64,000 nucleotides of DNA from Roseomonas sp. (GTDB lineage: Bacteria; Pseudomonadota; Alphaproteobacteria; Acetobacterales; Acetobacteraceae): NCBI GenBank assembly GCA_044356015.1, contig JBIKXA010000002.1, positions 173 through 64,172 of the forward strand. Reading direction: 5' to 3'. Made by a program: the position numbers and the translations under genes. A model generated the notes under the pieces. The model had not been told where the DNA came from and searched no databases. It worked only from the letters and a program-made list of their open reading frames with translations. Below are positions 29,152-37,954 of this stretch, one piece after another (position 1 is the first letter of the stretch; each line of letters begins with the position of its first letter).

Positions 29152-30330
29152 ATGCGTTGGTTCATGGTCATCGGCGCTGCATTGATGCTCGCGCTTGTTA
29201 TGGGCACCCTTATCAACGGGCTGGCGGCCTTCTTCATTCCGATGGAGATGGCTGAAGGCTGGAAGCGTGCTGACATCGCGGCGATCAACAGCTTTGGCCT
29301 GCTTGGTCTGGCACTTGGCAGTGCCGCCATGGGCTTCGTCGCGGAACGCGTTGGGCTGCGCGCCATCTGTGTTACTGCATCGCTGGTGATGTCAGGGTGC
29401 CTGATGCTCGCATCCCAGGTCAGCGCACCTTGGCAAGCTTCCGTTGTATTCTTCTTCGCCGGTGTATTTGCAGGCGGCGCGATTTTTGCGCCGCTATTTG
29501 CTTCGGTTGGCAATTGGTTTCCCGGCATGGCGGGACTTGCCATCGGTATCGCGGCATCGGGCCAGGCGATTGGTCAGGGCGGCGTGCCGTTCCTATCCGC
29601 ATACCTGATCGAAGCCTTCGGCTGGCGCGGGGCGATGCTGGCACTTGGTGTATTGACCTTCGTTGTCCTGGCGCCAATCGCAACCTTCATGCGCGAAGCA
29701 CCGGCGCAAGGCGCAGCCGGCGGCGTAGCTGCGGCGCCCGCGATCCCGCCGCGCATCGCAGTGCCTATTCTAAGCCTCGCAGTTTTTGCCTGCTGCACCT
29801 GCATGGCCGTACCATTAATGCATCTGATGCCGCTGATCCAAGGCTTCTGCATCTCGGCCACCGATGCAGGAGGCGTCATGTTCGCCATGCTGGTCGCGGC
29901 GATTGCGGGGCGCATCGCTTATGGCAAGCTTTGCGATGTGATCGGGCCGGTTCAATCCTGGGCTATTGCGTCTTTCCTGCAATTGCTGGGTGTTGCTGCC
30001 TTTACTCAGTTCGAGACACTGCGCGGCTTCATGGCATTCGGCATCATCTACGGTTTTGCTTATGCCGGCGTAATGACCAGTGTGCTGGTGAGTGCCCGCG
30101 CCCTGACGCCGGCGCATCGGCGGGCATCGCTGATGGGTATCATTCTGTCTTTTGCCTGGCTCGGCCATGCCTTCGGGGGCTTCCAGGGCGCAGTGACCTT
30201 CGACCTGACGGGCAGCTATGTGCCTGGCTTCGTGGCAGGTTCCGTCGCTGGCGTGGTGAACCTGTTGCTGGTTGGGCTGCTGCTGTTCCTTGGGAAGCCA
30301 CGCCAGCCTTTGCGCCTGGCGCCAGCGTGA
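29152..30330 (+). CDS. MFS transporter
   Basis: About 12 hydrophobic segments; GFVAERVGLR and GKLCDVIG loop motifs; GGAGGA RBS. Confidence 0.9.
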   Translation: MRWFMVIGAALMLALVMGTLINGLAAFFIPMEMAEGWKRADIAAINSFGLLGLALGSAAMGFVAERVGLRAICVTASLVMSGCLMLASQVSAPWQASVVFFFAGVFAGGAIFAPLFASVGNWFPGMAGLAIGIAASGQAIGQGGVPFLSAYLIEAFGWRGAMLALGVLTFVVLAPIATFMREAPAQGAAGGVAAAPAIPPRIAVPILSLAVFACCTCMAVPLMHLMPLIQGFCISATDAGGVMFAMLVAAIAGRIAYGKLCDVIGPVQSWAIASFLQLLGVAAFTQFETLRGFMAFGIIYGFAYAGVMTSVLVSARALTPAHRRASLMGIILSFAWLGHAFGGFQGAVTFDLTGSYVPGFVAGSVAGVVNLLLVGLLLFLGKPRQPLRLAPA

Positions 30331-30356
30331 AGCGGCGCCAAGCGCAGGGCTTTTAC

Positions 30357-31145
30357 TTATACCCTCTCCACCATCCTGACCGCACGCGACGCCAGCGGGA
30401 GGCTGTCCCGGCTGATGGCGGCGTCCTCACCGGGCGCGTTGATGGCACCCCAGATGGCGCGGCGGTTGCGCTCGGCCAGGCTGTCCGTGAGTTCTGCAAT
30501 CCAAAGCGTATCCCGCGCTGCGCCAAGGCGCCGCAGCATGTCGCGATGCTGATTGCGAGCCTCGGCGGTGGAAAGCGCTGGCAGGGTAAAGGCCGCCATG
30601 CGGGGGTTCACGATGGCCGGGACGGGGAATTCTGCCCCTGTGTATGGATTGCGGTCGCGCCGGTCGAGCATGACGCGGCCTTCGCGAATGCCATAGGCGG
30701 TGCCGCGCTGCAGCCGCCAGAGCTGCCCGGCGACAAGCAGCCCGATATCCATGTAGGGCGCTGCGCCATCGGTGAGATCGACGCGGAGATACCGCGCGGT
30801 CACAGGTGCGGGGAATACCAGCACAACATTCCCCTGGCTCTCACCCTGCGCCTCGGCATTCAATAGACCGGTGTCCGCAAGCGTCACGCTGAAATTCGCG
30901 GCATTCGAAAGCCGCGCCTGCACCATGGCGCCTGCGCCAAGCGTTGTGGAAATCAGCGCCACGCAATCCACCGGCACCTCGGCACCCAGATCGGCGGTGA
31001 TGGTCGCACTGCTGCCCATCAGCCTGGCGCGCCGGCGCGGCTGCGGATCCTGCAGGTTCGCGACCGGCATGGTGGCGATGGTCGCCTGCGCCGAGGCCAC
31101 GCTGCCCGTCGCCACCCGGTCCTGCTGCAAGAATGCCCCCGGCAT
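30357..31145 (-). CDS. Prophage tail-region hypothetical protein, gene A copy 1 (intact)
   Basis: MPGAFLQQD...ANLQDPQPRRRARL...GQLWRLQRGTAYGIREGRVMLDRRDRNPYTGAEFPVP...ERV*. The repeat is seen directly; the phage assignment is inference from context. Confidence 0.7.
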   Translation of the reverse strand: MPGAFLQQDRVATGSVASAQATIATMPVANLQDPQPRRRARLMGSSATITADLGAEVPVDCVALISTTLGAGAMVQARLSNAANFSVTLADTGLLNAEAQGESQGNVVLVFPAPVTARYLRVDLTDGAAPYMDIGLLVAGQLWRLQRGTAYGIREGRVMLDRRDRNPYTGAEFPVPAIVNPRMAAFTLPALSTAEARNQHRDMLRRLGAARDTLWIAELTDSLAERNRRAIWGAINAPGEDAAISRDSLPLASRAVRMVERV

Positions 31146-31146
31146 G

Positions 31147-31445
31147 TCAGCCCGCCCCCCAGAGTGTGATTTCAACCCGCCGCGCCGTCAGGCTTTCCCG
31201 CCAGCCAACGACGACACCGACAAACCCCTCATCAAAGCCAAAGGCCGGATAGGTGACGCGCCCGATCTGCCCGATCTCAATCTGCCCGAGAAACCGATCC
31301 GTCAGCACGCGGACCATGCGCGGCCCGGCTTCCAGGACGGCGCGCCATTTCTCCGCACGCGCCAGCGCCTCAGTCTCGGTCCAGTAAGCGGCAGGGAATG
31401 AGATTTCGCGCTGCTGTGCGACGCGCGAAGTGATCAGGCTGCTCT
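31147..31445 (-). pseudogene. 3' fragment of upstream prophage gene B, copy 1
   Basis: SSLITSRVAQQREISFPAAYWTE...VEITLWGAG*, homologous to 36125-36420; 5' part replaced. Confidence 0.75.
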
Positions 31446-31826
31446 GCGGGCCTTCACCGCCGCCTAAAGTGACACCGCAACGACCGCCTCCGTAAAAGCC
31501 CTTCCGCCCATCGTCTGCGGCGAGCAGAACATCCTCGACGCCGCAGTTCCGCACCCGATGACGAATCCGCTGACTGCGCGTGCAATCATCGGGTCCAGGC
31601 GCCCAAGGATTAGGCCAAATCCATAGGATGCGAGAATTTGGTACGTCGAAACGGAGTTCTTCTGTCTGCTACCTAGCTTGTCATGGGTAGCAAAAACTGG
31701 GCAAGATGTTCCTGCTGACGTCATATGATGAACAAGAGCCTTCAGGCCGCAAACGCCCAATGCCGGGATCTCATTGGCCTGTACGCTGTTTGCACGAACT
31801 ACGGCTCGTCAATGCAACCGGAGAGG

Positions 31827-32846
31827 ATGATCATGGCTCGATCCGAATGGCTCCTGGGCCGCCGAGTATTCTTGGGTGCCAGTGCAGCGGCGCTGACCAC
31901 ACCAGCCATCGCCCAGCAGCGAGCCGGGCGCGCGGATCGCGTGATCTTTGGCATCGGCCTCTCCGCACCTTTCGCGCCCTATTTGGCGCTGGTCGAGCGC
32001 GGGATCGGCACGAAGCATGGCATTCGCGCCGAATACCGCGTCTTCGAATCCTCCATCGGTGGAATGGAAGCGGTGGTGACGGGCAATGCCCATGTTGCCT
32101 TCGGAAGTGAGCTTTCCGCATTGCGTCCACGCGCTTCGGGGGCGCGGATCCTGGGCGTCGGGCGCCCACTGATTTCTGACAAGGACATCGGCATCGGTGT
32201 CAATTCCACGATCCAACGCCCGGAGGATTTCCGCGGAAAGCGTGTTGGCATGATCCGTGGCACAGCGGCCGACTATCTCTTTCATCTATTTTGTCAGCGA
32301 CATGGTCTCACTGAAGGCACAGGCCCGAACGACATCCGCGTGCTTGCGGTCCAAGCGCCTGAATGGGTGCCAGCCCTGCAGCGTGGTGACATTGACGCGT
32401 TCTTCGGATGGGAGCCTTGGCTCACGCGCCTGCCCACGATCGTGCGTGGCGCGCGTGTTTACGCCTATTCCTCGGAAGATAACCTCTATCAGCTCTGGTA
32501 CACGATGGTGTTCCGAGAGGAATGGGCGCGCGAGGATCCTGACAGTGCCGGGGCCACCTATCGGGCCGTGGCGGAAGCCATGGAGTGGGTCAACGCCAAC
32601 CGCGAGGAGGCGGTGCAGCTCGCCGCACGGATATTCCGTACGCCAGTCGCCGACATGCGGGTGCAGATGGCGGCCAACAATTATGTGCTCGATACAAAAC
32701 GCGAGCATCCGGTCCGCATTAAGCAGGTTGCCGCCTGGGCAAGGCAGCGCAACCTGATCAATGTTGACAATACGGATCGCCTTGTTGATGACTACTACTA
32801 TCCGGACATCGCCAAGCGGTACGCTCCGAACCTGACCGATTTTTGA
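31827..32846 (+). CDS. NitT/TauT (SsuA/TauA-like) ABC substrate-binding protein
   Basis: Tat-like GRRVFLG, EDFRGKRVGMIRGTAADY, ALQRGDIDAFFGWEPW. Confidence 0.88.
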   Translation: MIMARSEWLLGRRVFLGASAAALTTPAIAQQRAGRADRVIFGIGLSAPFAPYLALVERGIGTKHGIRAEYRVFESSIGGMEAVVTGNAHVAFGSELSALRPRASGARILGVGRPLISDKDIGIGVNSTIQRPEDFRGKRVGMIRGTAADYLFHLFCQRHGLTEGTGPNDIRVLAVQAPEWVPALQRGDIDAFFGWEPWLTRLPTIVRGARVYAYSSEDNLYQLWYTMVFREEWAREDPDSAGATYRAVAEAMEWVNANREEAVQLAARIFRTPVADMRVQMAANNYVLDTKREHPVRIKQVAAWARQRNLINVDNTDRLVDDYYYPDIAKRYAPNLTDF

Positions 32847-32851
32847 TTGCA

Positions 32852-33640
32852 ATGTCGTTCATCGAGTTTCGGGATGTCGGGTTCCGTTATGGCGAGCAGG
32901 AGGATGCGGGTAACAGCATCCTCCGCGGCCTGGACCTGGAGATCGCCCGTGGCACCTTCTACGTTTTGCTTGGACCATCGGGCTGCGGCAAAACGACCGC
33001 TTTGAACCTTCTTGCTGGGTTTGAAACACCGAAATCTGGCTCCGTGCTGGTTGAGGGGCGGCCGGTGCAGCAGCCGGGTATGGATCGGGTCGTCATTTTC
33101 CAGGGCGATGACAGTCTCTACCCCTGGCTAACCGCGCTCGAAAACGTGGAATTTCCCCTGCGCATGACGGGACGAGGTGCAGCGGAGCGCCGAAGCCGAG
33201 CCGAGACTTGGCTGGCGCGCGTTGGCCTTGCCAATCATGCGGCGAAGTTTCCGCACCAGCTCTCCGGGGGCATGAAGCAGCGTATCCAGATCGCACGTGC
33301 GCTCGTCTGCGACGCGCCGGTCCTGCTGATGGATGAGCCCTTCGGGGCGCTGGACGCGCAGACGCGGACGATCCTGCAGGATGAATTGGTTGATATCTGC
33401 GCCGGTTCTGGTGCGACCGTACTATTCATCACACACGATATCGCCGAGGCGATCATTCTCGCCGATCGCATCGGCGTGATGCGTGCCGGGCCAGGCAGTG
33501 CCGTCAAGGACGAGTTCGAGCTTGATCTCCCGAGACCACGCAATCGCGGTAGCGTGGAGTTTGCCGCCATTTATGATAGGATCCAACGCGTATTGAGCGA
33601 GGAGGTCCAGAAGGTGGTGATGCGCGAGGCGGCGGCGTGA
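32852..33640 (+). CDS. NitT/TauT ABC ATP-binding subunit
   Basis: GPSGCGKTT, LYPWLTALENV, LSGGMKQR, MDEPFGALDAQTR. Confidence 0.92.
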   Translation: MSFIEFRDVGFRYGEQEDAGNSILRGLDLEIARGTFYVLLGPSGCGKTTALNLLAGFETPKSGSVLVEGRPVQQPGMDRVVIFQGDDSLYPWLTALENVEFPLRMTGRGAAERRSRAETWLARVGLANHAAKFPHQLSGGMKQRIQIARALVCDAPVLLMDEPFGALDAQTRTILQDELVDICAGSGATVLFITHDIAEAIILADRIGVMRAGPGSAVKDEFELDLPRPRNRGSVEFAAIYDRIQRVLSEEVQKVVMREAAA

Positions 33641-34437
33641 GCGGCGCCATCGCCAAGCCCCCCGGCCATGGCTTTGTACACCATCTAACGTGGCTGGTGT
33701 TGCGTCTCCTTCCCTTCGTCGGGATGATCTTCCTGTGGGACTTCACCTCCCGCGTTTTTGATGTTCCTGTGTTGTTTCCAGGACCGCTGAGCACCTGGAA
33801 TAAGGCGACACAACTTATCGCCGAGGGCCAGTTGCAGGCGGACATCCTGATCAGCCTATGGCGCATCGCAGTCGGTTTCGTACTGGGCTCGCTGCTCGGC
33901 ATGACGCTTGGACTGATGATGGGATTGTCGCGCCCCATTGCCGATATTCTGGGCCCATTCGTCCACACGCTGCGCTTCATCGGACCCATCGCTTGGATTT
34001 CCGCGGTCATGATGTGGTTCGGATTAGGCGAGACCTCCAAGGTCGTTCTGATTGTCTACACGACGACCTTCGTGGTGCTGATCAGCACCATGATCGGCGT
34101 GATGACCATTCATCCGAACAAGCTGCGTGCAGCCCGGGTCTTCGGCGCCCGGGGCTTCCGTCTCTTTGCGCACGTCACCTTGCCGGCCGCATTGCCTCAT
34201 GTCCTCACGGGCGCGCGGCTCGCCATGATGAATTCTTTCATGACCATCATCGCAGCCGAGATGGTGGCAGCCCGGGAAGGGCTCGGCTTCCTGATCTTCA
34301 ATTCCCGGCAATGGATGGAGGTAGATGCGATTTTTGTAGGCATGATTACGCTCGGCCTGCTCGGGCTATTGGCTGACCGGCTCATGGTCCTGCTGACGCG
34401 GGTGCTGTTCCGCCGCTTCCGGCCGGCAGAAGCGTGA
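33637..34437 (+). CDS. NitT/TauT ABC permease
   Basis: ISLWRIAVGF, IGPIAWI, AAEMVAAREGLG. Confidence 0.9.
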   Translation: MSGAIAKPPGHGFVHHLTWLVLRLLPFVGMIFLWDFTSRVFDVPVLFPGPLSTWNKATQLIAEGQLQADILISLWRIAVGFVLGSLLGMTLGLMMGLSRPIADILGPFVHTLRFIGPIAWISAVMMWFGLGETSKVVLIVYTTTFVVLISTMIGVMTIHPNKLRAARVFGARGFRLFAHVTLPAALPHVLTGARLAMMNSFMTIIAAEMVAAREGLGFLIFNSRQWMEVDAIFVGMITLGLLGLLADRLMVLLTRVLFRRFRPAEA

Positions 34438-35198
34438 GCGTGCACGTGTCTCGCAGTGTGATGCGCGGAGGCGGTGCAATCCTGCTATTTTTGATCGCCT
34501 GGGAAATCGCCGGGCGCACCATCTTCGTTCCTGCCGTGCTCCCCGCGCCAAGTGCCATAGCCGCTGAGGGCTGGGCGAGGTCGCTTTCCGGAGCACTGCA
34601 ATGGGACGTGCTGATGAGCGCCTCCCGCCTTGCGGTTGGCTTTGCCGCCGGCAGTATTCTGGGGGCCTTCCTCGGACTGCTGTTCGGGGCCTTCGCTCCC
34701 GTGCGGCGCATCCTAGAACCCTTGGTGCAGTTTCTCCGCTTTATTCCGCCGATCGCATGGCTGACGCCAGTTCTGATTTGGTTTGGCATCGGCGAGGAGG
34801 GCAAATGGGTTCTCATTACCTACACGACTACCTTCATGGTCCTACTCAACACACTCGCGGGTTTCGCCGAACAGCATCGCGACCGGATGCGTGCTGCGCA
34901 TGTCTTTGGAGCCGGATCTTGGGAGGCATTCCTGCACGTCCGCTTGCCTGCCACAGTTCCGTGGATCCTGGGCGGCATGCGCATAGGGATGGGTAATTCC
35001 TTCCAGACGCTCATCGTCGCGGAGATGTTGGCTTCAAACGAGGGGCTGGGTCAGCTGATCCTAAATAGCCGTCTGCAGCTCTCCACCGAGGGCATGTTCG
35101 TAGGAATCGCGGGTATTGCGGTTCTGGGCATCCTGGCCGATTCTGTATTTCGAGCCACCACGCGAAGAATGTTCCATCGATATCGCCTGGGCTGGTAA
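34434..35198 (+). CDS. NitT/TauT ABC permease
   Basis: FIPPIAWL, VAEMLASNEGLG. Confidence 0.9.
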   Translation: MSVHVSRSVMRGGGAILLFLIAWEIAGRTIFVPAVLPAPSAIAAEGWARSLSGALQWDVLMSASRLAVGFAAGSILGAFLGLLFGAFAPVRRILEPLVQFLRFIPPIAWLTPVLIWFGIGEEGKWVLITYTTTFMVLLNTLAGFAEQHRDRMRAAHVFGAGSWEAFLHVRLPATVPWILGGMRIGMGNSFQTLIVAEMLASNEGLGQLILNSRLQLSTEGMFVGIAGIAVLGILADSVFRATTRRMFHRYRLGW

Positions 35199-36125
35199 AG
35201 TCCTGAGGTGTTGTCCATCGTCAAATGATTTGAGACTGATTGGCGTTTTGGGTAACAGAGTATCGGGCGCATCTGTGGGATAGGTAATGCTGCGTTTTGG
35301 TGATGCATCCGGCGGCAAAGCTATCCAACTGCCCCCTATTACCCTCTCCACGATCCTGACCGCCCGCGCCGTGAACGGAAAGCTGTCTCGGCTGGCGCTG
35401 GCTTCTTCCCCCGGTGCATTGACCGCCCCCCAAATGGCCCGGCGATTGCGCTCGGCAAGGCTGTCGCCAAGCTCCGCAATCCAAAACGCATCGCCAGTAG
35501 CCCCAAGTCGGCGCAGTAATTCGCGGTGCTGGTTGCGCGCCTCGGCAACCGACAACGCGGGCAAGGTGAAAGCCGCAAAGCGCGGGTTGATGATGGCCGG
35601 CACTGGGAATTCCGCGCCGGTGTATGGATTGCGGTCGCGGCGGTCGAGCATGACGCGGCCTTCGCGAATGCCATACGCCGTGCCGCGCTGCAGCCGCCAT
35701 AGCTGCCCCGCCACAAGCAGCCCGATATCCAGGTAAGGCGCCGCACCATCGGTGAGGTCAATCCGGAGATACCGCGCCATGACAGGCGCCGGCAGTACCA
35801 GCACAACATTCCCCTGTGCCTCATCCTGCGCCTCGGCGTTGATGGTGCCGGTATCAGCCTGCACAGTTGCAAAACTGCTCATATTGGCAAGCCGCACCCG
35901 GGTGGTGGCATTGGCGCTGAGCGTCGTGGAAAGCAACGCCACGCAATCCACCAGCAGGGCTGCCAGCAAATCCACATCGATTGTTGCATTAGCCGCATTG
36001 AGCCGCGCCCGCTGCCGCGGCTGCGCATCCTGAAGGTTTGCAAGCGGCATGCTCGGCACAGTGGCTTGTGCGCTGTTCAGCACAGCGCCCTTGGCGACAT
36101 TGTCATACAAAAACGCCCCCGGCAT
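35061..36125 (-). CDS. Prophage tail-region gene A copy 2 (normal stop lost near 35337; read-through extension)
   Basis: Colinear with copy 1 up to ERV, then GTA ATA instead of GTA TAA, so the frame runs across the boundary motif into the antisense of the permease. Confidence 0.7.
   Translation of the reverse strand: MPGAFLYDNVAKGAVLNSAQATVPSMPLANLQDAQPRQRARLNAANATIDVDLLAALLVDCVALLSTTLSANATTRVRLANMSSFATVQADTGTINAEAQDEAQGNVVLVLPAPVMARYLRIDLTDGAAPYLDIGLLVAGQLWRLQRGTAYGIREGRVMLDRRDRNPYTGAEFPVPAIINPRFAAFTLPALSVAEARNQHRELLRRLGATGDAFWIAELGDSLAERNRRAIWGAVNAPGEEASASRDSFPFTARAVRIVERVIGGSWIALPPDASPKRSITYPTDAPDTLLPKTPISLKSFDDGQHLRTLPAQAISMEHSSRGGSKYRIGQDAQNRNTRDSYEHALGGELQTAI
35213..35233 (+). repeat. 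Boundary motif copy 2
   Basis: GTCCATCGTCAAATGATTTGA, 14 nt after the permease stop; identical to 39610-39630. Confidence 0.9.
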
Positions 36126-36830
36126 CAGCCCGCCCCCCATGCCGTGATTTCAACGCGCCGTGCCGCAAGCCTCTCCCGCCAGCCGACCACCACGCCGACA
36201 AAGCCGTTCTGAAACCCAAAGGCGGGATAGGTTACGCGCCCGATTTGCCCGATTTCGATCTGCCCAAGATACCGATCCGTCACCACGCGCAGCATGCGCG
36301 GCCCGGCCTCAACCAAGGCCCGCCATTTCTCGGCACGCGCCAGCGCCGCAGCCTCGGTCCAGTATTAGGCGGGGAAAGTCATTTCGCGCTGCTGCGCGAC
36401 GCGGGAGGTAATCAGGCTGCTTTCCACCCGGGCGAAACTTCCCGCCTGGGAAAGCCGCTGCCGGTCGGCCGCCGCGATACTGCCAACCATGTTGGACAGC
36501 GGCGCATGGTTCAAGCCCCAGCGCACCGCAATGGTGCGCGGCAACAGGCGCAAGCCCGCAGGCAAGACCAAGGGCTCACAGGCCAGTACGCATTCCGCGG
36601 GCAGGTCGGCGGTGCCCGATATAGTGCTGGTAATCCGACTGGCAGCGACACCGCACAGATGATCCGGGCCAAATAACGTCCTGTCGCGCGCATCCGGTGT
36701 GCGGCAAATGGCGACCACCTCATGCGCGGCAGGGTCCGCCATGCAGAATACATTCTTGGTCCGCCGGCCAGCGCCACCCAGCCACCCGGGTCGGAGAACA
36801 CAAGGATGGTGGTGCAGATTAACTATCCCG
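36125..36830 (-). pseudogene. Prophage gene B copy 2 with in-frame nonsense codon
   Basis: TFPA*YW (TAA at 36365-36367) where copy 1 reads SFPAAYW; 5' part truncated near 36830. Confidence 0.75.
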
Positions 36831-36908
36831 GCCAGCCATCATAGAAATCACTATTAAGCTCGCCGCCATAGGAGTCGAAAACTGAGTCCTCCAGCAAGCC
36901 GTTTGATG

Positions 36909-36929
36909 TCAATTCACTTGATGACGGAC
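36909..36929 (-). repeat. Boundary motif copy 3 (inverted, degenerate)
   Basis: Reverse complement GTCCGTCATCAAGTGAATTGA matches copy 1 at 18/21; 7 nt past the TctC stop. Confidence 0.75.
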
Positions 36930-36936
36930 CGGGCCA

Positions 36937-37920
36937 CTATTCCCCCTTGATGCCTGCTGCTGCGATCACTTCGGCGAATCGCTTCTCGGCGTCCTTCAGC
37001 ACCTTGTCGAATTGCGCAGGGGTACTGGCGTGAATGACAAAACCCAAGGCCTGCAACCGCTGCTTCACACCAGGATCATCCAGTGCTACCTTCCATGCAC
37101 GATACCAAACATCCACAATATGATCCGGCGTTTCTAATGGCACTAAAATACCTTGGGTGCTTGGGACATCAAAACCTGGAATACCGCTTTCAGCAAAGGT
37201 CGGCACATTCGGCATGGCTGGATCACGCTGTAATGTTGATACTGCTAAGGGGATCAAACGTCCTTCCCGGACATAGGTCGTCACAGCCGGCAGTGTGATG
37301 ATCTGCGCATCCACTTGGCCGGCAAGTAAGTCAATCGTGGCTGGCCCACCTCCACGATAAGGAACATGCGTGACCGTAAGCCCAAGGGCTCGGTTCACCA
37401 TTTCGCTAATAATATGTGCAATGCCACCAATACCTGGGACCGCAAGGGTAACCTTGTCCCCCCGCGTTCTCAGCGCCAAGAGATAATCATCTATGTTGCG
37501 TATGCCCGAACGGGGATGCGTACAAAGCAGTTGCGCCGCAGTAATGGTCATAGTCACTGGACGAAGCTTTGACGCGGGTCGCCCGTGGCGTGCCCCAACC
37601 AGAATATCCTGTAGGATGAGACCATCACCCGATGCGACCATCTGCGTTAGGCCATCTGGCGCTGAGCGTGCCACAGTTTGTGTGGCGACCAGACCCGCGC
37701 CGCCGCCCTGATTTTCCACAATCAGCGCTTGGTTCAGGTGACTTGAGAGCACAGGTTGTGCTGCGCGCGCATGAATATCAAGCGTGCCACCAGGTGCTGC
37801 CGCAACAATGATTCGTACCGGTTGCGATGGTCGCCATGGCTGCGCCAATAACGGCCACGGGAACAGCGTCAAGGCGGATGTGGCGATCATCAAATTCCGA
37901 CGCGTCAATCCCCGGTCCAT
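36937..37920 (-). CDS. Bug/TctC tripartite tricarboxylate transporter receptor
   Basis: RRNLM, PGGTLDIHAR, VENQGGGAG, HVPYRGGGPATIDLLAGQVD, PTFAESG. Confidence 0.9.
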   Translation of the reverse strand: MDRGLTRRNLMIATSALTLFPWPLLAQPWRPSQPVRIIVAAAPGGTLDIHARAAQPVLSSHLNQALIVENQGGGAGLVATQTVARSAPDGLTQMVASGDGLILQDILVGARHGRPASKLRPVTMTITAAQLLCTHPRSGIRNIDDYLLALRTRGDKVTLAVPGIGGIAHIISEMVNRALGLTVTHVPYRGGGPATIDLLAGQVDAQIITLPAVTTYVREGRLIPLAVSTLQRDPAMPNVPTFAESGIPGFDVPSTQGILVPLETPDHIVDVWYRAWKVALDDPGVKQRLQALGFVIHASTPAQFDKVLKDAEKRFAEVIAAAGIKGE

Positions 37921-37954
37921 TGTCTTCCTCCTTGCTGGGTCTTGTTGGATTTCC

